Positions 9,101-17,390 of a stretch of 64,000 bases of DNA are shown here, piece after piece. Location: assembly GCA_049325415.1 (NCBI GenBank), contig JBMOLL010000053.1, positions 3,684 through 67,683 of the forward strand, read 5' to 3'. Under the pieces are notes generated by a model. The model ran no database searches, was not told where the DNA came from, and was given only the letters and a program-made list of their open reading frames with translations. Within the stretch, counting starts at the first letter, position 1. Each line of letters begins with the position of its first letter. Both the position numbers and the translations under genes were made by a program. The DNA comes from Bacteroidota bacterium (lineage in GTDB: Bacteria; Bacteroidota; Bacteroidia; Bacteroidales; GCA-2748055).

Positions 9101-10475
9101 AGAACCTGCAAAGGTGTTCCGGAAAGATCCCCATCTCCTGGTGGGTCTTCATCATGAAGATATCCGGGCTGAGGCCCAGTTGCACCTGGATGGAATGGTT
9201 GACATAGAGATGCCGGTGACTGCGATCGAAACGCATGATCACATCAGGGGAGTTCTCGGCCAGGTTCATGAACTCCTGCTGCGATTTCCGGATGGCGGCT
9301 TCCATCTGTTTCTGCTCATCAATATCCCTGATCAGCATGGCAAGGCGCGGCATGCCGTTATGCTCGATCATATTCACCGACACCGATACCCAGAAACGCC
9401 GCCCTTTAAGCGATGCGCAGAGCCATTCGAATTCCGCCGGGTTGGATCCGGGTTCCATATCCAGGTACGACAGCAGCAGTTCGGCAGTGAAGCCTTCTTC
9501 CTCGGAAAGCAGATTGGCCAGGCCCATTTTCCCGATTTCCTCCGGCGAGGCTTCAAACATTTCAAGGATCCTCGGGTTGTAATCGGTCACGGAAAAGGGA
9601 TTCAGCCCCAGGATAAGTATACCGTCGGACAGGGTATCAAAGATGGCCTTGTAACTGCTCCGGTATTTCGATACCGCCTCTTCGGCTGCGAAGATCTGGC
9701 CTGAATCCCGGATGCTCACCAGGTAAACCGGACCATCCAGACTTTCGTTGCGTACCTGCCGGACACTCATCAGTCCGTTAAGCACAAAATCACCCTCCTT
9801 TTTAATCCTGACCAGTTGTTTGATGCTTCCGGTTTTCTCCAGTTTCGCCGGAAGATCCTTCAGCCCTGAACAGGGCTCGCCGGCTTCATTAAACACTTTC
9901 TTCTCCAGGTTCAGATGGTCGGGGGAGGAATCACCCGAACCGATGTCCAGGAGGTCGCGGGCGCGCTTATTTGCAAACAACAGGAGCTGCTTTTCGTTGA
10001 GCACCAGGAGGGCATCATCCAGACCCGAAATAAGGGCCTGACTGATTAGTTCCTGCTGTACCTTCGAACGTTCGCTGGCTTTGCTTGTCCGAAGTATTTT
10101 ACTGTATCTCAATGATGTATGGACAGAGGAAACGATCCTTTTCAGCCGGGATTTCAATACATAATCCCAGACTTCATCCGACAGGGCCCTTGCTGCTTTC
10201 TCTTCGCTCCGGTCGCCCGCCAGCAGGATGATATGAACATCGGGAATGTACTGCCGGCACAGGCTGAAAGCCTTTCCTGTGAGCTGACCGGGCAGGTCGA
10301 AATCGGTAATAAAGATGTCGGGGGCTTCACTTCGAAGGCCATCTTCCAACTGGTGGAGATCGGTGAACGATCTGACCTCCGGGCTGTATCCTCCGGATTT
10401 CAGTATGTCAGTTACTTCCTGTCCAAGCTGCTCTTCAAGGTACCAAAAGACAACCTTTAATAACCGACCGGTCAT
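6129..10475 (-). CDS. hybrid sensor histidine kinase/response regulator (REC-like, multiple PAS/PAC, GAF-like, HisKA, HATPase_c, REC)
   Basis: 1448 aa. H-box [23 protein letters not shown]. ATPase boxes DTGIGI and [11 protein letters not shown]. C-terminal receiver KKILVAEDD...[12 protein letters not shown]...LSKP. Repeated PAS-like segments carry DITERK/DISDRK-type PAC ends. Confidence 0.9.
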   Translation of the reverse strand: [1448 protein letters not shown]

Positions 10476-10625
10476 TTACCTGATTTTAGTAGTTAGGTTG
10501 CCAAATTAATAAAATATCCCGTTTTCTGAGTAAGAATAGGTTTAATTGCTCCTTCGTAAATGAAAAATCCTTGCACGGGGAGGAGACAGAACGGAAAGAC
10601 AGCGCCTGGCTCCCTGCTACATGGC

Positions 10626-13046
10626 TTAAAAAAGCACCTTTATTCCGGCCATCATGTTCCTTCCGGCCTGGGGATAAAACCCGTCCATGCGGTATTCGCT
10701 TCCCCCGTAATAATACCTGTAAACCCAGGCTGAAGAGGAATACTGTTCATTGAAGATATTCCTGAGGGCCAGTGTAAACACCAGTTCCCGGGCAAAAGAC
10801 ACCGGAACCGACCAGTCGATCCCCAGGTCGCAGGTGAAATACGGATCGAGCATCCTCTCCAGGGAGGAAGTATTGTCGATATACTGACTGCCCACATATT
10901 TTCCAAGTGCACTGACGGTCAGACCCTTGAAAGGTATATAACTCAGCCGGCTGTTTCCCGTAACTGAAGGTGAAAAGGCCAGGCTTGTCTCACCCAGGTT
11001 TTCTTCGACCTGGTAGGGTTCATTCAGCGGATCGTCCCAGTAGCTCCAGTTATCCACATATCCGGTATAATCCAGGATCCGGTTCCGGCTCAGGGTTAGG
11101 TTCCCTTCCCAGCTAAAACGCCGGGAGAGTTGCCAGGTCAGTGCCAGTTCGAGCCCTGCGCGGTAGCTCCGGTCGACGTTTGTCATGATGGCACTTCCCA
11201 CATCATTGATCTCCCCGGTAAGTACCAGCTGGTCGCGGTAGTACATGGCATAGAGACCGGCATTCAGGGTAAAGCTGTTTGCTGTCATGGTATATCCAAA
11301 CTCCAGATCGGTGAGTTTCTCAGGCTTCGGTTCCGGTCCCAGTGGATCGGCATCCGTAAAATTGCTCCGGTTGGGCTCCCGGTGAGCGATGGCGACCGAA
11401 AGATATAGTTTCTCCTTATCCTGAATTTTGAAGCTTATCCCTCCTTTGGGATTAAAAAAGAGGTAATCGTGTTCGCGGGATATATCCCGCAGGTCATCGT
11501 CGGTTCCGCTGATCGCATAATGAATGCCTCTCAGCTGGAGATCGGCGTAAAAGACCAGCTTCCCGGCCGGATAAAGCGCTTTGACATAGGTATTCCAGTC
11601 GCTCTTGTCGCCGGTCCCTTCATACCAGCGGTGATTGATCTCCGCTGCGCCCGGCACCGCGGCCCAGATGATGGTCCCGAAATGATCACCGAGGTACCTG
11701 TTCCAGCCTCCCCCGGCTACCACCTCCAGGCTGTTCCTGAGGTAGTTCAGGGAAGCCGTGATGCCGTAAAAATCGTTATCAAGCCACTTGCGCCGGATCA
11801 GGTCCGTTTCCCGGATGGTGTCGCTGCCAAAAACCGGTTCGGGGAGCTGGTAGGCAGCGTAGGATTGACCGGATTTGTACTCTTCGTAATAACCGCTTCC
11901 GCGGGTCCAGAAGAGCACGCCGGATGCGGAGAGTGAGGAGGAGAAGGAATGGGTTGCAAGAAGCTGGTAATGGTCCTGTCGGTAATGATCAATCTGATTG
12001 TCGTAATATGCTGTCTTGCCCGCGGTTGTGGTGTATTCGCCCAGGGGGTTATAGGTTCCTGCCGTATCGAGCATGCCGGAGGGAACACCATCCCAGGCCT
12101 GGTACAGTTCCTCTGTCCCTGAAAAGGCGATCAGCTTCACACTTGTATGTTCACCGGTATAGCCGCCGGCCAGGTACCAGGAGGCCAGGTCGGTCCGGGC
12201 ACGGTCGATAAAACCATCGGAATGCAGTCCCGAAAGGCGCATATCGACCGACAGGCCGTTCTTCAGGATCCCCGTGCCGGCCGATACGGAGGTTCTGCGC
12301 GTATTGAACGATCCGGCATTTCCGCTGATCAGCACCCAGGGATCACGCTCCGTGGCCAGGGTCCTGAAATTCAGACTGGCCCCGAAGGCAGCAGAACCGT
12401 TCGTGGAGCTTCCAACACCGCGCTGGATCTGGACATTTTCCACCGACGAAGCAAAATCGGGCAGGTCGACCCAGTACACCGAATGGGACTCGGCATCGTT
12501 CAGTGGAACGCCGTTGATCGTAACATTGATCCGGTTTCCATCCGTGCCCCGGATCCGCATCCCCGTATAACCGATCCCGTTACCGGCATCGGAAGAAACA
12601 ACCACCGACGGGGTCATGGAAAGCAGATAGGGAATATCCTGGCCATAGTTATTGCGCGAAAGTTCCTCCGCTGTGAGGGTTGTCCCGCTTACCGGTGCAT
12701 CCTCCCCCATCCGAAGGGCCCTCACCACCACCTCCTCGCCAGGTACCGGGGAGGGCTTCAGGACCACAGGGGGCAAAGCGATGTTGCCGCTTACCGGCAG
12801 CTCGAGGGTATCGGTCCGGTACCCGATAAATGATACAAGGAGTCGAAACTGTCCCGCCGGCACTTCCTGAAACGAAAAACTGCCGTCCCTCGCTGAAACT
12901 GTTCCCCTGTTGCCGGGTGCAAGGAGGATATTGGCGCCGGGAAGGGGCTTTTGCCGGCTATCAATAACGGTGCCGGATATAACGTACTGCGGCAGGACCG
13001 GTATGGATAGAAATACCCAGACCAGCCCCAGAAGAGCTTTTTTCAT
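10626..13046 (-). CDS. TonB-dependent receptor (CarboxypepD_reg + plug + barrel), TPP-riboswitch controlled
   Basis: Signal peptide MKKALLGLVWVFLSIPVLPQ from ATG 13046; an in-frame ATG at 13082 abuts the riboswitch. N-terminal CarboxypepD_reg-like domain (ISGTVIDSRQKPLPGANILL...FIGYRT) and a C-terminal aromatic end (...GIKVLF). Confidence 0.85.
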   Translation of the reverse strand: MKKALLGLVWVFLSIPVLPQYVISGTVIDSRQKPLPGANILLAPGNRGTVSARDGSFSFQEVPAGQFRLLVSFIGYRTDTLELPVSGNIALPPVVLKPSPVPGEEVVVRALRMGEDAPVSGTTLTAEELSRNNYGQDIPYLLSMTPSVVVSSDAGNGIGYTGMRIRGTDGNRINVTINGVPLNDAESHSVYWVDLPDFASSVENVQIQRGVGSSTNGSAAFGASLNFRTLATERDPWVLISGNAGSFNTRRTSVSAGTGILKNGLSVDMRLSGLHSDGFIDRARTDLASWYLAGGYTGEHTSVKLIAFSGTEELYQAWDGVPSGMLDTAGTYNPLGEYTTTAGKTAYYDNQIDHYRQDHYQLLATHSFSSSLSASGVLFWTRGSGYYEEYKSGQSYAAYQLPEPVFGSDTIRETDLIRRKWLDNDFYGITASLNYLRNSLEVVAGGGWNRYLGDHFGTIIWAAVPGAAEINHRWYEGTGDKSDWNTYVKALYPAGKLVFYADLQLRGIHYAISGTDDDLRDISREHDYLFFNPKGGISFKIQDKEKLYLSVAIAHREPNRSNFTDADPLGPEPKPEKLTDLEFGYTMTANSFTLNAGLYAMYYRDQLVLTGEINDVGSAIMTNVDRSYRAGLELALTWQLSRRFSWEGNLTLSRNRILDYTGYVDNWSYWDDPLNEPYQVEENLGETSLAFSPSVTGNSRLSYIPFKGLTVSALGKYVGSQYIDNTSSLERMLDPYFTCDLGIDWSVPVSFARELVFTLALRNIFNEQYSSSAWVYRYYYGGSEYRMDGFYPQAGRNMMAGIKVLF

Positions 13047-13082
13047 TTTCCTATGAATTAAAATTTGCCATTTGATTCTCAT

Positions 13083-13160
13083 TTTCCCTCCACCGGCATT
13101 ACCCGGATCAGGTTCTAAGGGTATAATCTCAGCCCGTCGTATTAAGGCACCCCCTTAGAG
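13083..13160 (-). promoter_or_regulatory. TPP (THI-box) riboswitch
   Basis: The minus strand reads CUCUAAGGGGGUGCCUUAAUACGACGGGCUGAGAUUAUACCCUUAGAACCUGAUCCGGGUAAUGCCGGUGGAGGGAAAAU. It contains the conserved GGGGUGC, GCUGAGA, UACCC and ACCUGAUCnGGnUAAUGCCnGnG..AGGGA blocks of the THI element. It sits immediately 5' of the TonB receptor ORF. Confidence 0.9.
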
Positions 13161-13199
13161 AAGTATGGGGCGAAGGTAGGAAAAGTTTTTGAGATAGGA

Positions 13200-13830
13200 A
13201 AGAGGTTGGGCGGGATGAGTGAGGAGTGAAGGGTGACGAGTGAAGGGTTGTCCCCTGAGCGGTCCCTGAGCCTGTCGAAGGGCCAGTTATCGGTAAATTG
13301 TAAAGCGAGACGCGAGACGCGGGATGAGTGAGGAGTGATGAGTGACGGGGTAGTCTATCTTTTGTGCAATGCTTCGCGCCTTGGCGTCTTGGCGCCTTAG
13401 CGTTAAAACTTTGTGTCTTTTTTAGGTTACGGGTTACGGGTTACGGGTTACGGGTTACGGGTTGCGGGTTGCGGGTTACGGGTTGCGGGTTACGGGATGA
13501 GTGACGAGTGATGAGTGATGAGTGATGAGTGATGAGTGATGGGGTAGTGTATCTTTTGTGCAATGCTTCGCGCCTTAGCGCCTTGGCGCCTTTGGGTTAA
13601 ACCTTTGTGTCTTTTTCAGGTTACGGGTTACGGGTTACGGGTTACGGGTTACGGGTTGCGGGTTACGGGATGAGTGACGGGGTAGTCTATCTTTTGTGCA
13701 ATGCTTCGCGCCTTAGCGCCTTGGCGCCTTTGGGTTAAACCTTTGTGTCTTTTTTGGAACGGGTAACGGATTCTGTGTGAGGAACGGTTCCGGTCCCGAA
13801 AACCTCACCTGTCACTCCTCACTTAATACG
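13200..13830. repeat. mosaic tandem-repeat region (78-bp unit x3 plus heptad microsatellites)
   Basis: The unit GGGGTAGTCTATCTTTTGTGCAATGCTTCGCGCCTTAGCGCCTTGGCGCC..TTTGTGTCTTTT occurs at 13347, 13541 and 13679. (GGGTTAC/GGGTTGC)n arrays lie at 13425-13496 and 13619-13670. A (GAGTGAT)n array lies at 13495-13540. The module GGTCCCTGAGCCTGTCGAAGGGCCAGTTATCGGTAAATTGTAAAG lies at 13261-13305. Confidence 0.9.
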
Positions 13831-13840
13831 CACCTCAATA

Positions 13841-15310
13841 TCAGCTATTATCCCCGACTTCTCTTTTCAGACAGTACACGGTGACCGATCCCTTTTGCAT
13901 GACGGTGGAATCGAACAGGGTGTTAAAGTCAGGACTGTTCTTCACCATGTCGGAATCGGTATAGAGGTAGGCGGCCCCTTTTCCGATCATCTCCTGCAGC
14001 TTCTCCGGGCTGAAGTTATCGCGGTCGAAGCCCCAGCCTTTCTTGTCGATGTAATACAGGAAGATAAAATGAGAGCGGTCGTTTCCCACCACCACCAGGG
14101 CATCTTCTGGAACAGCTGCGCGCAGTTCGGTTTTGTAAACCAGCAGGTCTTTGTTAAAGCCCGGCGATTCCGGGTTCCAGCGGCCCTTCAGCCGGAGATG
14201 GCAGGTAAACGGGAGGACCAGCAGGAGGACCAGGGCCGAGTATTTCAGGATTTTTTTCCCTGAAGTAAGGAGGCGAAAGGCCCCGTAGGCAACCATGATA
14301 AACAGCAGGGGCATGAAAGGAAAGAGGTAGTAATCGTGCACTTTGGCAATGGCATTCAGCTCGAAGAAATAATAAAGAAGGGCCATCAGGGCAAGAGCGA
14401 GGAGCGGGAGAAAAGCACTATTCCGCCAGGCTCTCCTCTTAAACAGGAACCAGAACGCTGCCAGGAAGAGGGGGACCGATCCGTAATTCAGGAGCATTTC
14501 GGGGAGGTTCGACAGGAGATTGAATTGCAGGTAATCCAGTATCACCGACAGCGATTCCTTATTATCCATCACCCCCAAGATCACCCGGTTGCCATCCCAG
14601 TGGGGAATGACAGTGATGTACCACCAGGCCGGCAGGACTGTAAAAACAAACAAAGACAGGGCTTTTGCCGCTTTTTCGAAAATCCCGCCCTCCTGAAGGA
14701 TCTCCCTGAGGAACCAGATCCCGGGTACGATGAAATAAATGATAAAGGGTAATTTGCACAAAGCAGCCAGTGCCATGAAAAATCCGCTGAGGGGCAGGAG
14801 ATAAAAGTTCCGCTTTTCCGTCCAGATCATAAATAAAGCCAATCCCCAGACCGCACAGCACAGCGACAGATTGTCGGGCAGGGGATTGATGGTGTAATAA
14901 AAGAACAGCGGGGAGAAGCTAAGGGTCCAGACCCCGATGACTGCCGGCAGTCGTTTCCTGAACAGGCGGATCAAAAGCAGGTACAGGCCCGCCAGGGTCA
15001 GCAATCCGGTAAGGAACATGAAGATCCGCGTCACCAGCACGCTTTTTCCCGTGATATGGTAAGTGGCCGCTACCAGCCATTGCATCAGCGGGAATTCCAT
15101 CCGGAAGATCCCCTCCCCGTTCCCGCGCTCATTGCGGCGGGGATGGAAAATATTCATATCCTCCTCGTAAAAACTGTTAATGGTCGACTGGGTCTGTGTC
15201 TGCCGCCATACATGGATACTCATCAGGTCCTTGCTGAAATGGGGAAGGTGCATCAGGACACTGAGCAGGAGTGTGCCGCCAAGAATAAGCAGAACATGGT
15301 GTTTCTTCAT
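13841..15310 (-). CDS. ArnT/PMT-like integral membrane glycosyltransferase (GT39/GT83-like), putative
   Basis: 489 aa and polytopic, with many hydrophobic helices. The N-terminal loop motif SIHVWRQTQTQSTINSFYEE is shared with the 701-aa paralogue at 24951-27056 (SVHRWRQADCASIALNYYQG). Confidence 0.55.
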   Translation of the reverse strand: MKKHHVLLILGGTLLLSVLMHLPHFSKDLMSIHVWRQTQTQSTINSFYEEDMNIFHPRRNERGNGEGIFRMEFPLMQWLVAATYHITGKSVLVTRIFMFLTGLLTLAGLYLLLIRLFRKRLPAVIGVWTLSFSPLFFYYTINPLPDNLSLCCAVWGLALFMIWTEKRNFYLLPLSGFFMALAALCKLPFIIYFIVPGIWFLREILQEGGIFEKAAKALSLFVFTVLPAWWYITVIPHWDGNRVILGVMDNKESLSVILDYLQFNLLSNLPEMLLNYGSVPLFLAAFWFLFKRRAWRNSAFLPLLALALMALLYYFFELNAIAKVHDYYLFPFMPLLFIMVAYGAFRLLTSGKKILKYSALVLLLVLPFTCHLRLKGRWNPESPGFNKDLLVYKTELRAAVPEDALVVVGNDRSHFIFLYYIDKKGWGFDRDNFSPEKLQEMIGKGAAYLYTDSDMVKNSPDFNTLFDSTVMQKGSVTVYCLKREVGDNS

Positions 15311-15393
15311 CGGGTTGTCGAATAAAAGGCTGGATATTCCCTGCTAATTTAGTGAATTATCTGAAGCCGGAGAAAACGGCTGTGATGGCGGTC

Positions 15394-15657
15394 TGGGGGA
15401 AGGGGGACGGCTGTCTCAGCAACTGTTTTTGCTGTTTGCAAAAGACCGGATGGATACTTCTTAACACTGGCGGGCCTCACCCTCCTGTCCCTCTCCACAT
15501 GGAGTGGGATGTTTGTAACTACATATGAATGAATATATTACACAAGGCTTAGATGATCGTTCTGCCGGTGTCAGCCCCACCCTCCTGTCCCTCCCCCGCC
15601 TCGCCTTCGCGAAGCTGCGGCGGAGCAAGGGGTGGGAGGGACGGCTGTCTCAGCACT
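15394..15657. repeat. dispersed GC-rich hairpin repeat family R1 (copy a)
   Basis: The core CCCTCCTGTCCCTCCCCCGCCTCGCCTTCGCGAAGCTGCGGCGGAGCAAGGGGTGGGAGGG is at about 15580-15640. It is preceded by AAGGCTTAGATGATCGTTCTGCCGGTGTCAGCCCC. The CCCTCTCCACATGGAGTGGG hairpin module lies at about 15490-15509. The same modules occur at 48.9 kb and 57.6-58.1 kb. Confidence 0.85.
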
Positions 15658-15754
15658 TATCCGGGCTGCCCGTATGATTTTATGATCATTGTTTTGCCTG
15701 TGTTGTCTCTCGTTCCACCGGCCGAAGCCCATTGGCGAAGGCCGGCCTCACGCC

Positions 15755-16351
15755 CTACTCCGAACGCCTTCCGCCATAACGGTAATGCCCGGTCACCCTG
15801 AAATCAAAAAGACAGTCCTCCAGCACCTGACCCGCACCGATATTGTGGATCACCTGGTAGCGCTTTCCATCCGCCGAGCGAATGGCCGAGACCAGCCCGA
15901 TATGCGTTATGCCACCGCCCAGGTCCCAGCAGACAATGTCGCCCGGCAGGTAGAGGGAAGGATCGGTCGTATGCGGCAGCACAGTCCCGTGGCGCGCGAA
16001 ATAGGTCATGAGGTTGGGAACGCGCCGGTGGTCGATGTTGCTGTCGGGATGCGAGGCCCCCCAGCTATCTGGATAGGCATCAAAAGCGACCAGCATATCT
16101 TCATGTACTTCTTTCTGCAGGTCGATGCCGAACATCCGGTAGGCCCGGATGAGGACATCGGTACATACCCCCTTTCCCGCAGGGATATCGCCATTGGGAT
16201 AGGGAATGCGATAGTAGGAGGGATCATAACTGACCTGTTGATGGGTCAGCAGCAGGGCCGAATCGGCCAGCTGACGGAAGAACGGATCCTGGGCCCGGCT
16301 GAAGGTCGCGGCTGCGAAAAGAAAGATTATGAAACTAAACACTGGCTTCAT
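15755..16351 (-). CDS. DUF1287 domain-containing secreted protein
   Basis: 198 aa with signal peptide MKPVFSFIIFLFAAATFSRAQ. Blocks YDPSYYRIPYPNGD, GVCTDVLIRAYR, NIDHRRVPNL, GDIVCWDLGGGITHIG match my recollection of the DUF1287 family. The start lies 13 nt after the rSAM stop. Confidence 0.7.
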   Translation of the reverse strand: MKPVFSFIIFLFAAATFSRAQDPFFRQLADSALLLTHQQVSYDPSYYRIPYPNGDIPAGKGVCTDVLIRAYRMFGIDLQKEVHEDMLVAFDAYPDSWGASHPDSNIDHRRVPNLMTYFARHGTVLPHTTDPSLYLPGDIVCWDLGGGITHIGLVSAIRSADGKRYQVIHNIGAGQVLEDCLFDFRVTGHYRYGGRRSE

Positions 16352-16364
16352 ATTCCGGACAGTT

Positions 16365-17384
16365 TCAGAAATTTAACGGGCATCCCGGATCCTTACGGTG
16401 AAAATCGCCGGTAAGCGCCCACGACAGGCACTTCAGTCCGCCACGGCAAAGCTGACGATAATAACAGCTGGCACAGGCACCATCAGTTTTTTCGGGATCA
16501 TCAAGCTCCCTGAGGACACTGTTATTCATATAAATATCCACCAGACTCTCCTGTAAGGCATTTCCCACATTTATGGGCAGTCTTCTGCAGGGCAGTACCG
16601 TTCCATCCGGTAAAACAGCCAGCAGGCTGCGTCCGGCAGAACAGCTGTACGGAACTCCCCCTGCAACCAGGAACTGTAAAGACCTGTTCGCCGCCACTTC
16701 GGTCCGGGTGTGGGCATAGAGACTGAATTTCCTTTTTTCCCTTCCCAGCAACTCAAAATAGGCTTTTGTCTGCTCCGGCGAAAGTTGCAGGGGATCATCC
16801 GGGGAAGAAGGAAGGTACCTGTCGGTCCAGACTTTATACGCCCCCAGTCTCCGTGCAATCCTTACCACTCCGGGAAACTTTTGGTGATTCAAAGCATTTG
16901 CCGTGAAAGAGATCATAACCGGAATATTGTACCTCCTGTAGGTCCTTACCGCCTCCAGGGTACGGTCGAAACTGCCTTCTCCCCTGATCAGGTCATTTGT
17001 TTCCCTTTCGCCTTCCATACTCACCTGGATATAATCTGGTTTCAGTTCCGCCAGGTGCTTCAGTTTTTCCGGGGGAGGCAGAAAACCGTTGGTGAGGATG
17101 CCAAAGGTAAACAGGCCCGACCCGGCAATCCTGTCCAGCAAGGGGAAAAGCTCTTCCTTCAGGAAGGGTTCACCCCCGGTGATATTGATCCTTGCCCGGG
17201 CGTTTCCCCGCTGCTGCCTGCATGCTTTCACAAAATCGGTCATGTTCCCTAACAGGTTCTCCAGCTCGGTTGCCGGAAGTCCCGGTGAGGCATAACTCTC
17301 CTGGTAACAGTGCCTGCATCGGAGGTTACACTGATCCGTAATATGCCACTGAAAAGTGATCCGGTCGGGTAAAATTCTTTCCAT
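16365..17384 (-). CDS. radical SAM/SPASM domain protein (peptide/protein-modifying maturase type)
   Basis: CNLRCRHCY is the CxxxCxxC radical SAM cluster motif, followed by the GGEPF SAM-binding motif. C-terminal SPASM cysteines: CSAGRSLLAVLPDGTVLPC, CASCYYRQLCRGGLKC, DPGCP. The start lies 6 nt after the upstream gene's stop. Confidence 0.85.
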   Translation of the reverse strand: MERILPDRITFQWHITDQCNLRCRHCYQESYASPGLPATELENLLGNMTDFVKACRQQRGNARARINITGGEPFLKEELFPLLDRIAGSGLFTFGILTNGFLPPPEKLKHLAELKPDYIQVSMEGERETNDLIRGEGSFDRTLEAVRTYRRYNIPVMISFTANALNHQKFPGVVRIARRLGAYKVWTDRYLPSSPDDPLQLSPEQTKAYFELLGREKRKFSLYAHTRTEVAANRSLQFLVAGGVPYSCSAGRSLLAVLPDGTVLPCRRLPINVGNALQESLVDIYMNNSVLRELDDPEKTDGACASCYYRQLCRGGLKCLSWALTGDFHRKDPGCPLNF

Positions 17385-17390
17385 TTTTCC

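Noticed and set aside
13046-13082. Using the ORF-track start (ATG 13082) for the TonB-dependent receptor
   Set aside because: ATG 13082 directly abuts the riboswitch 3' end and adds MRIKWQILIHRK before a typical signal peptide (MKKALLGLVWVF...). ATG 13046 is the more conventional start. The upstream ATG cannot be excluded and may matter for riboswitch-mediated translational control.
13200-13830. Possible CRISPR array (also considered for 27854-28200)
   Set aside because: The repeats are heptad microsatellites and a 78-bp unit at irregular periods of 194 and 138 bp. There are no constant-length unique spacers, no 28-37-bp direct repeat and no cas genes in the window.
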